A stretch of 64,000 nt of DNA from an uncultured Candidatus Saccharibacteria bacterium (GTDB lineage Bacteria > Patescibacteriota > Minisyncoccia > RBG-13-40-8-A): assembly GCA_965231075.1 (NCBI GenBank), contig OZ246412.1, positions 257,587 to 321,586 on the forward strand, read 5' to 3'. Of this stretch, positions 1 through 9,992 are shown in pieces (positions within the stretch are counted from its first letter, which is position 1; each line of letters begins with the position of its first letter). The translations under genes and the position numbers were made by a program. The notes beneath the pieces are model-generated. The model searched no databases, was not told where the DNA came from, and worked only from the letters and a program-made list of their open reading frames with translations.

Positions 1-1539
1 CGGATCAGTTATAAACGTTTGAACCGTTGGCATTCTCTTTTCTTTCTCGATAAATCTAATATCAATATTAAATATTTTAAAATGATTTTTGATGTCTTTT
101 ATGAGATTAACAATTCTTTTGTCTTTCTCTATGACAACGGGAAACGCCCAATAATCATTTATGAATTTTAAACTCAACAAATCATCGTCTCCTATGATTG
201 CAAATCTTAAATACTCGGCAAAAGGATAGCGATTTTTCAGCAATCTGTATCTTCTGTCTCTAGATCGTTCATCACAAGGAAATTGATTCAACTTTTTATT
301 GGGCTTTATAGAAATTTTTTGTTTCAAAATTCGCGAAGAATAAGGCAAGGTAAAAGAAAAATTGAATAACTTTTTAATTCTCCCATTATTATCTATGGAA
401 ACGATACCATTATTTATAGACACCACAACAATTGGTGCCAAGTTATCAAAATCGGCAAAACTATTTTTCACAAAGTCATCTATATTGTTAGAATTTTGCA
501 AAACAGAGATTAGTCGAACAAAATCTATCTTAGAATACAGATAATGTTTTTTCCAGTAATCTGTTTTAGCCTTACCTGATGTTAACAGATCTAGAGGAAG
601 TAATTTTAAATAATCATTATATGATTTTTCAATACGATAATCATAGTGTAGACTCTTTAAGTCTTCTAATATTGTGCTTTTATCCTTTATTTTGTCAGAA
701 AATGTTTTTTCTACATAAAACCAATAATAGTTATTCTCTATTAATTTTAAAAAATAATCAATTAAATTTCTCGTCTGTTCTTTTCTAATTTTATGGTTTA
801 CGTGCACCACGGTTATGTTTTCCAGGGACGTCAAATTGAAATCATGTTTAAATAATTTAAACATCAGGTAGTCATCTTCGAATCCATAACCCTTAAAATC
901 GGGAAAGCCATTAGATTTTTTAAACACGTCCCTATTGCAAAAACCAAAATTGCCTATAAATGTTTTTGCTAATAAATTTTTGTTTGTGACGCCCCCCCTA
1001 TATGATATTGTTTCTGGAATACCCGATATTTTTTTCAATAAATCATTGTTACCATTTTCTAGATTTTCTAAAATAACCCTACTTTCTTTTTGAAATAAGA
1101 ACTGGTTTGTCCAAAGCCTTTCGGCTCCATATCCGTAATCAAATTCTTGAGATAATTTGTGTATTTTTGAAAATGCTTTTTCGTCTAAAATTATCGTATC
1201 GTCATCGATAAAGATTAACACATCTCCGGACGCTGCCTTAACGCCTTCGTTTCTTGCCGTGCCTCTGCTCACAAACGATTCATTGTTTATTATTTTGAAT
1301 TTAAACGGTATCTTTCTTTTGCTGTTCCAAAGACTAACCTTGTTTTTTATTTCATCTAAGTTTATATTTTTCTTATGGCTATTTTCAACCAAAATTATTT
1401 CTGCTGTATTCTCATAATTCTGGTTAAAAATCGAACAAAGACAATGAAAAACAGAATATCCTTTTTTGATATTAGAATTACAAGAAAGCACAATACAAGA
1501 CATTAAATTGCTCTTTTTGTTTTCAATATTTATCTGCAT
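1..1539 (-). CDS. GT2 glycosyltransferase fused to BpsA/DUF43-like aminopropyltransferase domain (runs off window)
   Basis: Not in ORF track. Manual translation: MQINIENKKSNLMSCIVLS..RNEGVKAASGDVLIFIDDD..GFPDFKGYGFEDD, then in the same frame NQFPCDE..AIIGDDDLLSL..QTFITDP. Confidence 0.75.
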   Translation of the reverse strand, partial: MQINIENKKSNLMSCIVLSCNSNIKKGYSVFHCLCSIFNQNYENTAEIILVENSHKKNINLDEIKNKVSLWNSKRKIPFKFKIINNESFVSRGTARNEGVKAASGDVLIFIDDDTIILDEKAFSKIHKLSQEFDYGYGAERLWTNQFLFQKESRVILENLENGNNDLLKKISGIPETISYRGGVTNKNLLAKTFIGNFGFCNRDVFKKSNGFPDFKGYGFEDDYLMFKLFKHDFNLTSLENITVVHVNHKIRKEQTRNLIDYFLKLIENNYYWFYVEKTFSDKIKDKSTILEDLKSLHYDYRIEKSYNDYLKLLPLDLLTSGKAKTDYWKKHYLYSKIDFVRLISVLQNSNNIDDFVKNSFADFDNLAPIVVVSINNGIVSIDNNGRIKKLFNFSFTLPYSSRILKQKISIKPNKKLNQFPCDERSRDRRYRLLKNRYPFAEYLRFAIIGDDDLLSLKFINDYWAFPVVIEKDKRIVNLIKDIKNHFKIFNIDIRFIEKEKRMPTVQTFITDP

Positions 1540-2231
1540 GAAATTTTTCTCTTAAATAAAATAAATCTATTTATATACATAAACGGCACGTTTATCAGCC
1601 CCACCAACCACTTAACCGCTATTTGACCAATTATCAGTGGAAGTATTGGCATGATTCCCGCGAACGCCAAAGAAACAAAAATGACTGAATCTATAGCTAG
1701 TGCGGGAATGGAACTAAAAACGTTTCTCATCCACAAATGTTTTCCATCGGTTATCTTCTTAAGCCAAGCAAAAATTATAGCATCTAAGTTCTCGCTTATT
1801 AAAAAAGCAGCCCAACTAGCAATAGTGATCCTGGGTACCAATAAAAATATTTTTTGCCACGAATCTTGCATGTTCCAAAATGATGCTGGTGGCAAAATAC
1901 TTCCCAACCAAAAAAATAAAACCATCGCTACCTGACAAATAAAAGCGATCAAAACCATCTTATGGACTTCCCTTCTACCAAATTTTTCATTAACAATATC
2001 GGTTAATAGATACGTAACAGAAAATACCAAGATTCCGCTTGGCGAAGTGAATATTTTAAATCCTAAATTAAATACGGAAATTTTAATGGCTAAAATTTGT
2101 GCAATCAGGATAAAGCTAACATATAAAGCAATCAACAAATCGGGCTTATTTAGTTTTTTTGCATACCAACTGCCCAACAAGGTAAAACTTGTTATACCGA
2201 CTATCCAAATAATTATAATCTGAATTGGCAT
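1530..2231 (-). CDS. Queuosine precursor transporter (YhhQ/DUF165, VUT family)
   Basis: Multi-TM; YLLTDIVNEKFGR, PRITIASWAAFLISENLD, LWMRNVFSS..AIDSVIF motifs. Confidence 0.88.
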   Translation of the reverse strand: MPIQIIIIWIVGITSFTLLGSWYAKKLNKPDLLIALYVSFILIAQILAIKISVFNLGFKIFTSPSGILVFSVTYLLTDIVNEKFGRREVHKMVLIAFICQVAMVLFFWLGSILPPASFWNMQDSWQKIFLLVPRITIASWAAFLISENLDAIIFAWLKKITDGKHLWMRNVFSSIPALAIDSVIFVSLAFAGIMPILPLIIGQIAVKWLVGLINVPFMYINRFILFKRKISCR

Positions 2232-2401
2232 AAACTTATTTTTTATTGATTTATTTATAGTACTCCGAATAAGTCGGAAGCTTTATCGTAAACTCAAACG
2301 GTATCAATTTTACATTATCATCACTTAAGCAATGTCTATTAGTGTCCCAACTATGCCGATGGATAGTGACATGGTGTCTTAATCCTATCTAAAATTAATC
2401 T

Positions 2402-3610
2402 TTATTTCAAATATTTTCTATTCTTTAATTTTTCCGGTAAATATTCTTGTTTTTCTTGATAATTAAAATCGGGACTATATTTATAGTTTTTGCCGTAGTT
2501 TAAATCTTTCATTAATTTGGTTGGCGCGTTTCTGATATGCAATGGCACTGGTAAATTTCCCAAATCACGCACGTCTTGCATCGCTTTTTCGTAAGCCGTG
2601 TACAATTCGTTAGATTTCTTGCATTTTGCCATATACACCACTGCTTGTGCTAAAATCACTCCGCATTCTGGCATTCCAATATAATGACAAGCATTATATG
2701 CGTCTACGGCCTGGTTTAAGGCCAAAGAATTGGCTAATCCCACATCTTCTGACGCAAATCGAATTATTCTGCGCGCAATATAGAGCGGATCTTCCCCGCC
2801 TTCCAACATTCTGCAAAGCCAATAAATTGCTGCATTGGCATCCGATCCGCGCATGGATTTATGAAGCGCGGAAATAATGTTGTAATGTTCATCACCACCC
2901 TTATCGTACAAAAGGTGCGATTTTTGAAATGATTCTTTAATAATTTCCGGAGTAATATTTTTCGATAAAGACGAGGCATATTCCAAAACATTCAAGGCGG
3001 TTCTGGCATCCCCGTTAGACATGTGCGCCAACAAATCAATTGTTTTTTTGTCTGTTTTTAATTTAAAATAACCCAAGCCCCTTTCTTTATTTTTAATTGC
3101 GCCATTGATAATTTTAATTAAATTTTCTTTACTTAATTGTTTTAAGACAAAAACCCTACACCTAGACAATAAAGCTCCTACAACCTCAAAACTAGGATTT
3201 TCAGTGGTCGCGCCAATTAAAATAATCCTGCCACTTTCCACGTCTGGCAACAATGCATCTTGTTGCTTTTTGTTCCAGCGATGAATTTCGTCAATAAAAA
3301 GAATGGTTTTCTTGCCCAAACGTTCGTTTTGTTTGGCAATTTCGACAATTTCACGCAATTCTTTTAACCCAGTATCAACAGCGCTAATTTTTTTAAAATC
3401 AGATTTTGTGGTCTTGGCAATAATATACGCCAAGGTTGTTTTCCCGCTTCCCGGGGGTCCCCAAAAAATCATAGAAGGCAATTGATCTAACTCAATCGCT
3501 TTTCTTAATAATTTATTGTCGCCAATAACTTCTTCTTGACCCAAAAATTGATCCAGTGTTTCTGGTCGCATTCTATCGGCTAATGGATTTAAAAAGTGTT
3601 TTTTCTCCAT
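2402..3610 (-). CDS. rarA: Replication-associated recombination protein A (AAA+)
   Basis: PLADRMRP, WGPPGSGKTT, FIDEIHR, GATTENP, ISALHKSMRGSD, VPLHIRNAPT. Confidence 0.95.
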   Translation of the reverse strand: MEKKHFLNPLADRMRPETLDQFLGQEEVIGDNKLLRKAIELDQLPSMIFWGPPGSGKTTLAYIIAKTTKSDFKKISAVDTGLKELREIVEIAKQNERLGKKTILFIDEIHRWNKKQQDALLPDVESGRIILIGATTENPSFEVVGALLSRCRVFVLKQLSKENLIKIINGAIKNKERGLGYFKLKTDKKTIDLLAHMSNGDARTALNVLEYASSLSKNITPEIIKESFQKSHLLYDKGGDEHYNIISALHKSMRGSDANAAIYWLCRMLEGGEDPLYIARRIIRFASEDVGLANSLALNQAVDAYNACHYIGMPECGVILAQAVVYMAKCKKSNELYTAYEKAMQDVRDLGNLPVPLHIRNAPTKLMKDLNYGKNYKYSPDFNYQEKQEYLPEKLKNRKYLK

Positions 3611-3647
3611 GTTTTTATTATAACAAAATCTTTAATAAACGCTAATT

Positions 3648-3680
3648 AAAAATTTCGGAATTTTATTTCCGAAATTTTTA
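3648..3680 (-). terminator. Intrinsic terminator-like hairpin
   Basis: aaaaatttcggaa..ttccgaaattttt inverted repeat after the 3698 ORF. Confidence 0.55.
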
Positions 3681-3697
3681 AATTAAACAATTAAATT

Positions 3698-4078
3698 TTA
3701 TTTATTTCTGCCTAAACCACACTTACCACTTCCAGGATTACTACACGAACAATTTGTTTTTGAACGAATTTCATTTTTTAGTCCTTGCATTTTTTCTTGC
3801 ATTTTTTCTCTATATTGTTCTAAGTTTAATCCTGATTTTTCGATGATATCTCTCATGGTTTCACCGTTACTAAGTCGAGTTTTGATTTGATCAACGGTTA
3901 ATCCCAAAATTTGTGCTTTATATTCAATCATTCCTAATTTGCCTACTTTCAGACCATTAGCACATTGACCGTTGCAACCACACCCACAAGAAGCAGCATT
4001 GGCGCTATTAACACCGAAAAGCCCAACTGTGGTCAAAATTGCAACTATTGCTAATAATGGCATAATAACTTTTTTCAT
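3698..4078 (-). CDS. Secreted Cys/Gly-rich hypothetical protein
   Basis: Signal peptide ending ANA; CGCGC..C and CSC..C clusters. Confidence 0.7.
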   Translation of the reverse strand: MKKVIMPLLAIVAILTTVGLFGVNSANAASCGCGCNGQCANGLKVGKLGMIEYKAQILGLTVDQIKTRLSNGETMRDIIEKSGLNLEQYREKMQEKMQGLKNEIRSKTNCSCSNPGSGKCGLGRNK

Positions 4079-4149
4079 TTTTATTTTTATGTACTCATTA
4101 TTAAATTATTTTTCGACCTTATGATATATATTACACGGTCGAAAATAAT

Positions 4150-4860
4150 TTATTTCAATTTAATTGGAGCGTTATTACAGCCACCGCAACCACAATTTAA
4201 TTTTTGAAAAGAAGAAATATTAATTATCTCTTTATTGTCTTTTCTGCCTCTAAAAATAATTCTATCGCCCCGTTCTAGTTCTTTCTCTCCCAATTTAAAA
4301 GATGCAGAAGGAATGATCGTATAAATAATTTCTCCGTTAATGTCTTGAATTTTAATTTCGTTTTCATTAATTTCGATAATCTCCCCCTTAAAGGTATTAG
4401 GTGTTCTAAGATTATATTCTTGGGGTAGACCGCAAGACAAGGTTTTTTGTATGGGGTGTTTGTGAATTATAAATCCAAAACCAACAGCTAAAACAACGAC
4501 CAATAAAAACGAATAAATTAACGGTCGTTTATAGGTGAAATGAAATTTTCTGATAATTTTTTCAACAACATAAATTAAGATTAATAATAAAACTATTAGA
4601 ATTAGTGGTATGGTGTGGAAAAAGTCTAATAATCCCGTTAGTCCCGATCTTAACAAAAATTTTGCGCCGTTATTTTCAAAATAGAAAATACTGTAACTTG
4701 TTAAATAAGTTATTAAAACAAAAAGTAAAATCGCCACGACAATTAATAGTACAGATTTTAGGACAAAATAAACTCTAGGATGCATTTTAATCTCTCCTTT
4801 TTTTATTTCGTTTAAAATACTATTTTTTATTGAATTTTTTTCTTGGTCGTTATTGTTCAT
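4150..4860 (-). CDS. Putative membrane anti-sigma factor (3 TM plus C-terminal beta domain)
   Basis: Overlaps the ECF sigma gene end; three hydrophobic segments. Confidence 0.6.
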   Translation of the reverse strand: MNNNDQEKNSIKNSILNEIKKGEIKMHPRVYFVLKSVLLIVVAILLFVLITYLTSYSIFYFENNGAKFLLRSGLTGLLDFFHTIPLILIVLLLILIYVVEKIIRKFHFTYKRPLIYSFLLVVVLAVGFGFIIHKHPIQKTLSCGLPQEYNLRTPNTFKGEIIEINENEIKIQDINGEIIYTIIPSASFKLGEKELERGDRIIFRGRKDNKEIINISSFQKLNCGCGGCNNAPIKLK

Positions 4861-5416
4861 AGTCTATATGATTATTATTACAATATAATTTTAACATTTC
4901 TTTGCCTCTTTTCAGTCTTACGCCTACTGTTGAAACCGGAACCTGCATAATATCAGAAATTTCTTTATAGTCCATCTCTTCCAGATAATAAAGCATTAAA
5001 ACCTCACGATACTTTGGCGATATTTTTTCCAAACACTGATCAAGAATTTTCTTAGTTTCATCGTCTCTTGCGCTGCGATCTGTTTTTTCGCCAGAAATAG
5101 GATGAGGGAAAATTGTATCGGGATCAAAAAACGGTAATGGTAACCTATCCTTTTTTCTTAAAACATTAATTAATTCATTGTGTGCAATCCTATATATCCA
5201 TGGTGAGAATCGTTTATCGGGATCAAAACTTTTAATGTTAGAATAGGTTTTAATAAAAATTTCTTGTATTACGTCCTTAATGTCTTCGATGTTGCTTAAA
5301 AATTTCCGTGCATATCTTCTTAATTTCTCTTCATATCTTTCAATTAAAATTCCAAACGACTCACTGTCGCCATCTTGCACTATTTTAACAATTTCCTCGT
5401 CCGTGCGGTTGTCCAT
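4850..5416 (-). CDS. ECF RNA polymerase sigma-70 factor
   Basis: TDEEIV, region 2 FSPWIYRIAHN, region 4 YKEISDIMQVPVSTVGVRLKRG. Confidence 0.92.
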   Translation of the reverse strand: MDNRTDEEIVKIVQDGDSESFGILIERYEEKLRRYARKFLSNIEDIKDVIQEIFIKTYSNIKSFDPDKRFSPWIYRIAHNELINVLRKKDRLPLPFFDPDTIFPHPISGEKTDRSARDDETKKILDQCLEKISPKYREVLMLYYLEEMDYKEISDIMQVPVSTVGVRLKRGKEMLKLYCNNNHIDYEQ

Positions 5417-5493
5417 ACTATTAAATATTATACATCAAATTAAAAACATTTATTTCAATTGATGAAAGCGTAAAATTTTTATATAATAATATC

Positions 5494-6504
5494 ATGTTAA
5501 AGAAAAACAATAAATTAATCTTATGGATTGCTCTGGTTTTGTTTGTTGTGGCAATTTATACTTTTTTATGTTGGTGGGTTTTTAACGAAAACCTATCTAG
5601 AATTAATTATAAAAGATTTAATGACTGTAAGGGCGTTTATAGTTTGATTAATCCAGAGATAGCTTGTATCGTTTCGTCTCACGAAAACTATCTTGAAAAA
5701 AATGTGATTATTGAATCCAAGATAAAAAGTTTTATTGACTACTCAACGAGAAATAAAAAGGCCAATAATGTCTCGGTGTTTATTCGCGATTTAAGCACGA
5801 AACAATGGATTGGTATAAATGAGAATGTAAACTTTGCCCCTGCCAGTTTATTAAAGTTGCCGTTGTTGATTGCGTATTATAAACTATCAGAAATAGAGCC
5901 AGATATTTTTTATCAGAAAAATATTTATAACGGACCGTCAGAATTTAACGATAAAATGCAAAATATTAAACCTGAAAAAACCCTTGAACCGGGCAAAGAG
6001 TATACCATCGAAGAGTTGCTGTATCGAATGATCGTATATTCGGATAATAATGCTCTAGAATTTCTATTTAAACTAATAGATAATAATTTTGTTAATAAGG
6101 TTTTTATCGACTTAGGTATATATGTTCCAACATCAAGTAATCTTGAAACAAAATTTTTATCATCTAAAACTTACGGGGGAATACTTAGAGCTCTGTTTAA
6201 TTCCAACTATCTTAAGCCACAAAATTCGGAGAAAGTATTAGATCTTTTAACAAAAACCACCTTTAACGACGGACTAAAAGCGGGCGTACCTAAAGAAATT
6301 AAAATCGCACATAAATTTGGAGAAAGAAGGTTGGTAGATCAAGAAAACAATACGGTGAGTCAGAATTTATATGATTGTGGTATTGTTTACGGTCCATCAA
6401 GTTCTTATATTTTATGTGTCATGACAAATGGCTCTAATCTTGGCAATCTTAAAGAAATTATTAAAAACATATCACAAATTACATATCAAGAGTTCAATAA
6501 ATAA
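5494..6504 (+). CDS. Class A beta-lactamase-like serine hydrolase
   Basis: N-terminal TM; SxxK (ASLLK), SDN, HKFG. Confidence 0.85.
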   Translation: MLKKNNKLILWIALVLFVVAIYTFLCWWVFNENLSRINYKRFNDCKGVYSLINPEIACIVSSHENYLEKNVIIESKIKSFIDYSTRNKKANNVSVFIRDLSTKQWIGINENVNFAPASLLKLPLLIAYYKLSEIEPDIFYQKNIYNGPSEFNDKMQNIKPEKTLEPGKEYTIEELLYRMIVYSDNNALEFLFKLIDNNFVNKVFIDLGIYVPTSSNLETKFLSSKTYGGILRALFNSNYLKPQNSEKVLDLLTKTTFNDGLKAGVPKEIKIAHKFGERRLVDQENNTVSQNLYDCGIVYGPSSSYILCVMTNGSNLGNLKEIIKNISQITYQEFNK

Positions 6505-6532
6505 AAACACTAAACACCATAACAAAACAAGC

Positions 6533-7507
6533 CTATTCAAGGCTTGTTTTTTGTTTAATTATGTTTCTCAGTATTCTCTCAATTTCGTTGGTGTTTATAT
6601 TTTTTGTTGTGGAAATTGCGACGGCATTTTTGCCAATAGCTTTTAGTTTTCCTATTTTTAAATCAATTTCTTCTTGGCTCAATAAATCAACTTTACTTAA
6701 AAAAACATATTCTGGTTTGCTTAACAATTCTTTGTTATGGGCCTTTAATTCGTTTCTAACAACCTGATAATCTATGGTTGGCTCAATCGATTCTGCAGAA
6801 ATGATATGAAAAAGAATTTTGGTGCGTTCAATGTGACGCAAAAATTTAATTCCTAATCCCTTGCCCTTTGAGGCGCCCTCAATTAATCCAGGAATGTCGG
6901 CCAAGATCAGCTCGTAATAGACGCCAAGATTCGGCTCAAGAGTTGTAAACGCATAATTGGCCACTTTGCTTTTGGAATTAGTTAATTGATTTAATAAACT
7001 TGATTTGCCGACATTGGGTAGGCCAATTAGTCCAACATCAGCAATTAATTTGAGTTCCAGGCGTAATTCAAATTCTTCCCCCGGGGTTCCGTTTTCAAAT
7101 TCTTTGGGGCTAGTGTTTTTTGAGGAACGAAATTTAAAATTTCCCCTTCCACCCTTACCACCTCTAGCAATTAATAATTTTTGGCCAATAGAAACAATTT
7201 CTGCGTCTTTTTGGGTAGATAAATTATGAATTATCGTGCCAACGGGAACCTTTAAAATTAAATCTTCGCCATTTGCTCCATCGTTAAGTTGTGCTTTCCC
7301 TCTTTGTCCATCCTTAGCTTTGAGGTTTTTGTTGTGTTGAAACTGTCCCAGCGCGCTTAAATCAGATACGCCCTCAATATAAACATTGCCACCATTACCG
7401 CCACTTGAACCAGTTGGACCAAGCGACATTTTGGTGGTATTAAACGCGACAATCCCATCTCCGCCCTTCCCCGCGCTTACTTTAATTTTTACATCATCAA
7501 CCAACAT
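6533..7507 (-). CDS. obgE: GTPase ObgE (no C-terminal domain)
   Basis: Gly-rich Obg fold, LELKLIADVGLIGLPNVGKS, YAFTTL, DIPGLIEGA. Confidence 0.95.
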   Translation of the reverse strand: MLVDDVKIKVSAGKGGDGIVAFNTTKMSLGPTGSSGGNGGNVYIEGVSDLSALGQFQHNKNLKAKDGQRGKAQLNDGANGEDLILKVPVGTIIHNLSTQKDAEIVSIGQKLLIARGGKGGRGNFKFRSSKNTSPKEFENGTPGEEFELRLELKLIADVGLIGLPNVGKSSLLNQLTNSKSKVANYAFTTLEPNLGVYYELILADIPGLIEGASKGKGLGIKFLRHIERTKILFHIISAESIEPTIDYQVVRNELKAHNKELLSKPEYVFLSKVDLLSQEEIDLKIGKLKAIGKNAVAISTTKNINTNEIERILRNIIKQKTSLE

Positions 7508-7514
7508 ATGTTGA

Positions 7515-7772
7515 TTATTTTTTAATTGTAATCTTTTTAATTCGTGAAATCTCGAGAGGAATTAATTCTCCTAATTCGCCATCATCGGTAACGTAGGTCA
7601 TATACGCAACGTCTCCGACAATTTTATCGATTATTAAATCTAATGTTTCCCCTTTTTCGCCTTCTATTGTCAAATCTACGTGCAAATTTTCTAATTTTGC
7701 CTCAATCATTGTTGCCCTAATCTGTTCGGGCGTTTGTTCAGGGTTATTAAATTTTTCTTTAATTTCTTTCAT
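7515..7772 (-). CDS. Hypothetical protein
   Basis: ORF tightly packed in co-directional run. Confidence 0.65.
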   Translation of the reverse strand: MKEIKEKFNNPEQTPEQIRATMIEAKLENLHVDLTIEGEKGETLDLIIDKIVGDVAYMTYVTDDGELGELIPLEISRIKKITIKK

Positions 7773-7776
7773 AATT

Positions 7777-8199
7777 TTATACTTTACTTACAATTTTTGA
7801 GAAATCTCCATTAAGAATAATTGGTGACATTGCCTCTATTTCGTCTCGATAACCGACGTTAGGAATTTCGTGTAAAAGATAAATCGGCTTATTTAAAACA
7901 AAGGCAAAGCCCATTTCTAGAAACGAATTACCACCAATATAACCCTTGATTCCTTTTTTCTCTACATTAATAACAAGGATCGCTTCACCATTTTTTATTT
8001 TTTCAAAATAACCGCGAATTAAATCATGTTCAACTTTATTTCTTGCTGATTCTGCGTGCATTTTATCAATGGTGTCCATCGCGGCATACTCATGTGTAAA
8101 ATCAGGCAAAACGATCTCATGCCCAAGTTCTTTGAGCTTTTTCTCTGCCTCCGTCATCTCTTTTGAGGCGGTCATGCTTCCGCAAATAACAATTTTCAT
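7777..8199 (-). CDS. Nucleoside 2-deoxyribosyltransferase-like protein
   Basis: MKIVICGSM, GYIGGNSFLEMGFAFVLNKPIY. Confidence 0.65.
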   Translation of the reverse strand: MKIVICGSMTASKEMTEAEKKLKELGHEIVLPDFTHEYAAMDTIDKMHAESARNKVEHDLIRGYFEKIKNGEAILVINVEKKGIKGYIGGNSFLEMGFAFVLNKPIYLLHEIPNVGYRDEIEAMSPIILNGDFSKIVSKV

Positions 8200-8212
8200 T
8201 TTATGTTTTAAA

Positions 8213-8797
8213 TTAATTAGTTAATACTTCCGACAAAACCGAAACAATCGCGTCTACAAGAAGTTCTTTCCTTGATATCTTGCCGTTAGTCAGGGTTGAA
8301 TGTGGATCGGTTTCGGAACCGCCTAATTTTTCAGCTACAATAGATCCAGCAGTGGTAGTTTCGAATCCCCTCAATCGAGCCTCTTCTATGGCGTATTTGG
8401 GAAATTCAATACCAGCAGACGTACCCATGAAACTTTTTCCGTCTGGAGTTAAAACAATTACAACGGCCAAATCGATAAATTTATCGTCTATCGGAATAAT
8501 TCCGCTTTCTATACCCATCGCAAACATCTTATTGTTTTCTTTCTGTGAGTTTTTCGCCCTGTTTAATGCGCCCCTGTACGTTTCTTCAAGACCATACGGT
8601 TGTTCGTTTATTTCGGATTTTGCAGAAACTCCTTTAATTTCAACCTTAATACCAATTTTTGCACAAGCTTCTTTAACGGCATCTATTTTGTGCACACTTG
8701 TACTTCCCAGCACCAAACCAACCTCAAATTTTTCTTTTGCTTCTTTATTGGTATTTATATTTAAATCTTTTTCTCTTATCATATTATTTTTTCTCAT
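8213..8797 (-). CDS. Non-canonical purine NTPase (YjjX/DUF84)
   Basis: GSTSVHKIDAV, SEINEQPYG.EET..GA.NRA, GIESGI, LTNGKISR. Confidence 0.85.
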   Translation of the reverse strand: MRKNNMIREKDLNINTNKEAKEKFEVGLVLGSTSVHKIDAVKEACAKIGIKVEIKGVSAKSEINEQPYGLEETYRGALNRAKNSQKENNKMFAMGIESGIIPIDDKFIDLAVVIVLTPDGKSFMGTSAGIEFPKYAIEEARLRGFETTTAGSIVAEKLGGSETDPHSTLTNGKISRKELLVDAIVSVLSEVLTN

Positions 8798-9098
8798 ATC
8801 GATTGCCGTCTCGGTTATAACATTTATCTATGACCTTTTGAAACGCCTCACCGAGATCTATCTCTTTAGAATTGGCCAAACAACAAAGGGTAAAAATTAT
8901 ATCACCCATTTCATCTGCCATTTCTTTGGTTTGTTCTTCGGGTTTTTTCTTTTTCGGACCATATAAATGATTAATTTCTCTCGCTAATTCGCCAGTTTCT
9001 TCCATCAATCGTGCCAAAATTTCTAATGGCTGAAAATAACCTATTTTATATTGGTTCACCCATTCATCAACTTGTTTTTGTATGTCTTTTAGTTCCAT
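8784..9098 (-). CDS. MazG-like nucleotide pyrophosphohydrolase (YpjD-like)
   Basis: ARLMEETGELAREINH.YG.KKKK, DEMGDIIF. Confidence 0.9.
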   Translation of the reverse strand: MELKDIQKQVDEWVNQYKIGYFQPLEILARLMEETGELAREINHLYGPKKKKPEEQTKEMADEMGDIIFTLCCLANSKEIDLGEAFQKVIDKCYNRDGNRYEKK

Positions 9099-9122
9099 AA
9101 AATTTATTTAATTAGTGTGTTA

Positions 9123-9404
9123 TTAAAACGGCTTTTGAATATTGGCTTCGTCAACAATAATACCGCGAGAAGCAATAGTGGCGGCTATTTTTTCGCGAAA
9201 CTCTGACATGGAAACGGTCCCTCCTCGAACGCCAGTCAGAATAAGATACCCATCTTCTTTAGCTAAATTTAGCCCGTGCGCTACCACTCCCATATTAAAA
9301 CCCAATTGGATCCTTCTTTCTTCCGATAAATCAGCCCAACTATTAACTCGTGAAAATCGTAACACTTGTTCGCACCCATGTCTTAAAAATTCTTTTTCCG
9401 TCAT
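9123..9404 (-). CDS. Hypothetical protein
   Basis: ORF in operon-like run, ATGA overlap with upstream gene. Confidence 0.65.
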   Translation of the reverse strand: MTEKEFLRHGCEQVLRFSRVNSWADLSEERRIQLGFNMGVVAHGLNLAKEDGYLILTGVRGGTVSMSEFREKIAATIASRGIIVDEANIQKPF

Positions 9405-9712
9405 AAATTTATTTTTTTACCCCTTTCTTCTGCCATTTTTTTAAATTCTTCGCCCTTTTTTAATGCACATTCGGCACAATAACAATTCCCCTCAATAAAC
9501 CACTTTGCCATGCCCCCACATCTTTCTATTTGGCAGGGTGGGGCTTGATCCGCTTTTTCGTATTCCGATACGCTCCAGCCTTGATTTTGCAATTCTTTCA
9601 TTGATCGTTTTAGTTCTCTCCTTTGTTTATTGGTCAATTTCAATTCATTAAACCAAAATTCGTCAGATTTAACGTCCGGCTCTTTGGGTTCAATTGTTGG
9701 TTCTTTGTCCAT
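9401..9712 (-). CDS. Hypothetical protein with putative Zn-finger
   Basis: CxxxxC..CxCxxC. Confidence 0.6.
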   Translation of the reverse strand: MDKEPTIEPKEPDVKSDEFWFNELKLTNKQRRELKRSMKELQNQGWSVSEYEKADQAPPCQIERCGGMAKWFIEGNCYCAECALKKGEEFKKMAEERGKKINL

Positions 9713-9717
9713 AAAAT

Positions 9718-9978
9718 TTATTTTAATTCAATAACATATAAACCTTTTTCTTCAATTTCTTTTTTCTGTCCGAAATCGTCCAAGTGAAAATGATTAATAT
9801 GGCTTACCGTTTTTTCAATTTTTCTGCCAGTATATTCTTTGGTTTTTGGATCCCATTCTTCTAAAATTAACGTATCGCCATTATTTATTTCAAAATCAGC
9901 AACTCTAAATTCGAATTTCTTTTCACCAGATTCAACTTTCTCAAAATAATCCGGCCAAATTTTTTTCTTTATAATCAT
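9718..9978 (-). CDS. ASCH/PUA-like DUF3850 protein
   Basis: KIWPDYFEKVESGEKKFEFR..GDTLILEEW..YTGR. Confidence 0.85.
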   Translation of the reverse strand: MIIKKKIWPDYFEKVESGEKKFEFRVADFEINNGDTLILEEWDPKTKEYTGRKIEKTVSHINHFHLDDFGQKKEIEEKGLYVIELK

Positions 9979-9992
9979 AAGTTTATTTTTTA

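Noticed and set aside
362-1417. Three plus-strand ORFs in the track
   Set aside because: Antisense shadows of the long minus-strand GT2 fusion
2232-2401. preQ1 riboswitch upstream of the queuosine-precursor transporter
   Set aside because: No preQ1-I pattern (GGUUC-type loop with A-rich tail ending AAACUA); only a small hairpin is present
8280-8966. 228-aa plus-strand ORF and similar antisense ORFs over hsdR, rpoB, rpoC and recA
   Set aside because: Opposite well-supported genes; no motifs
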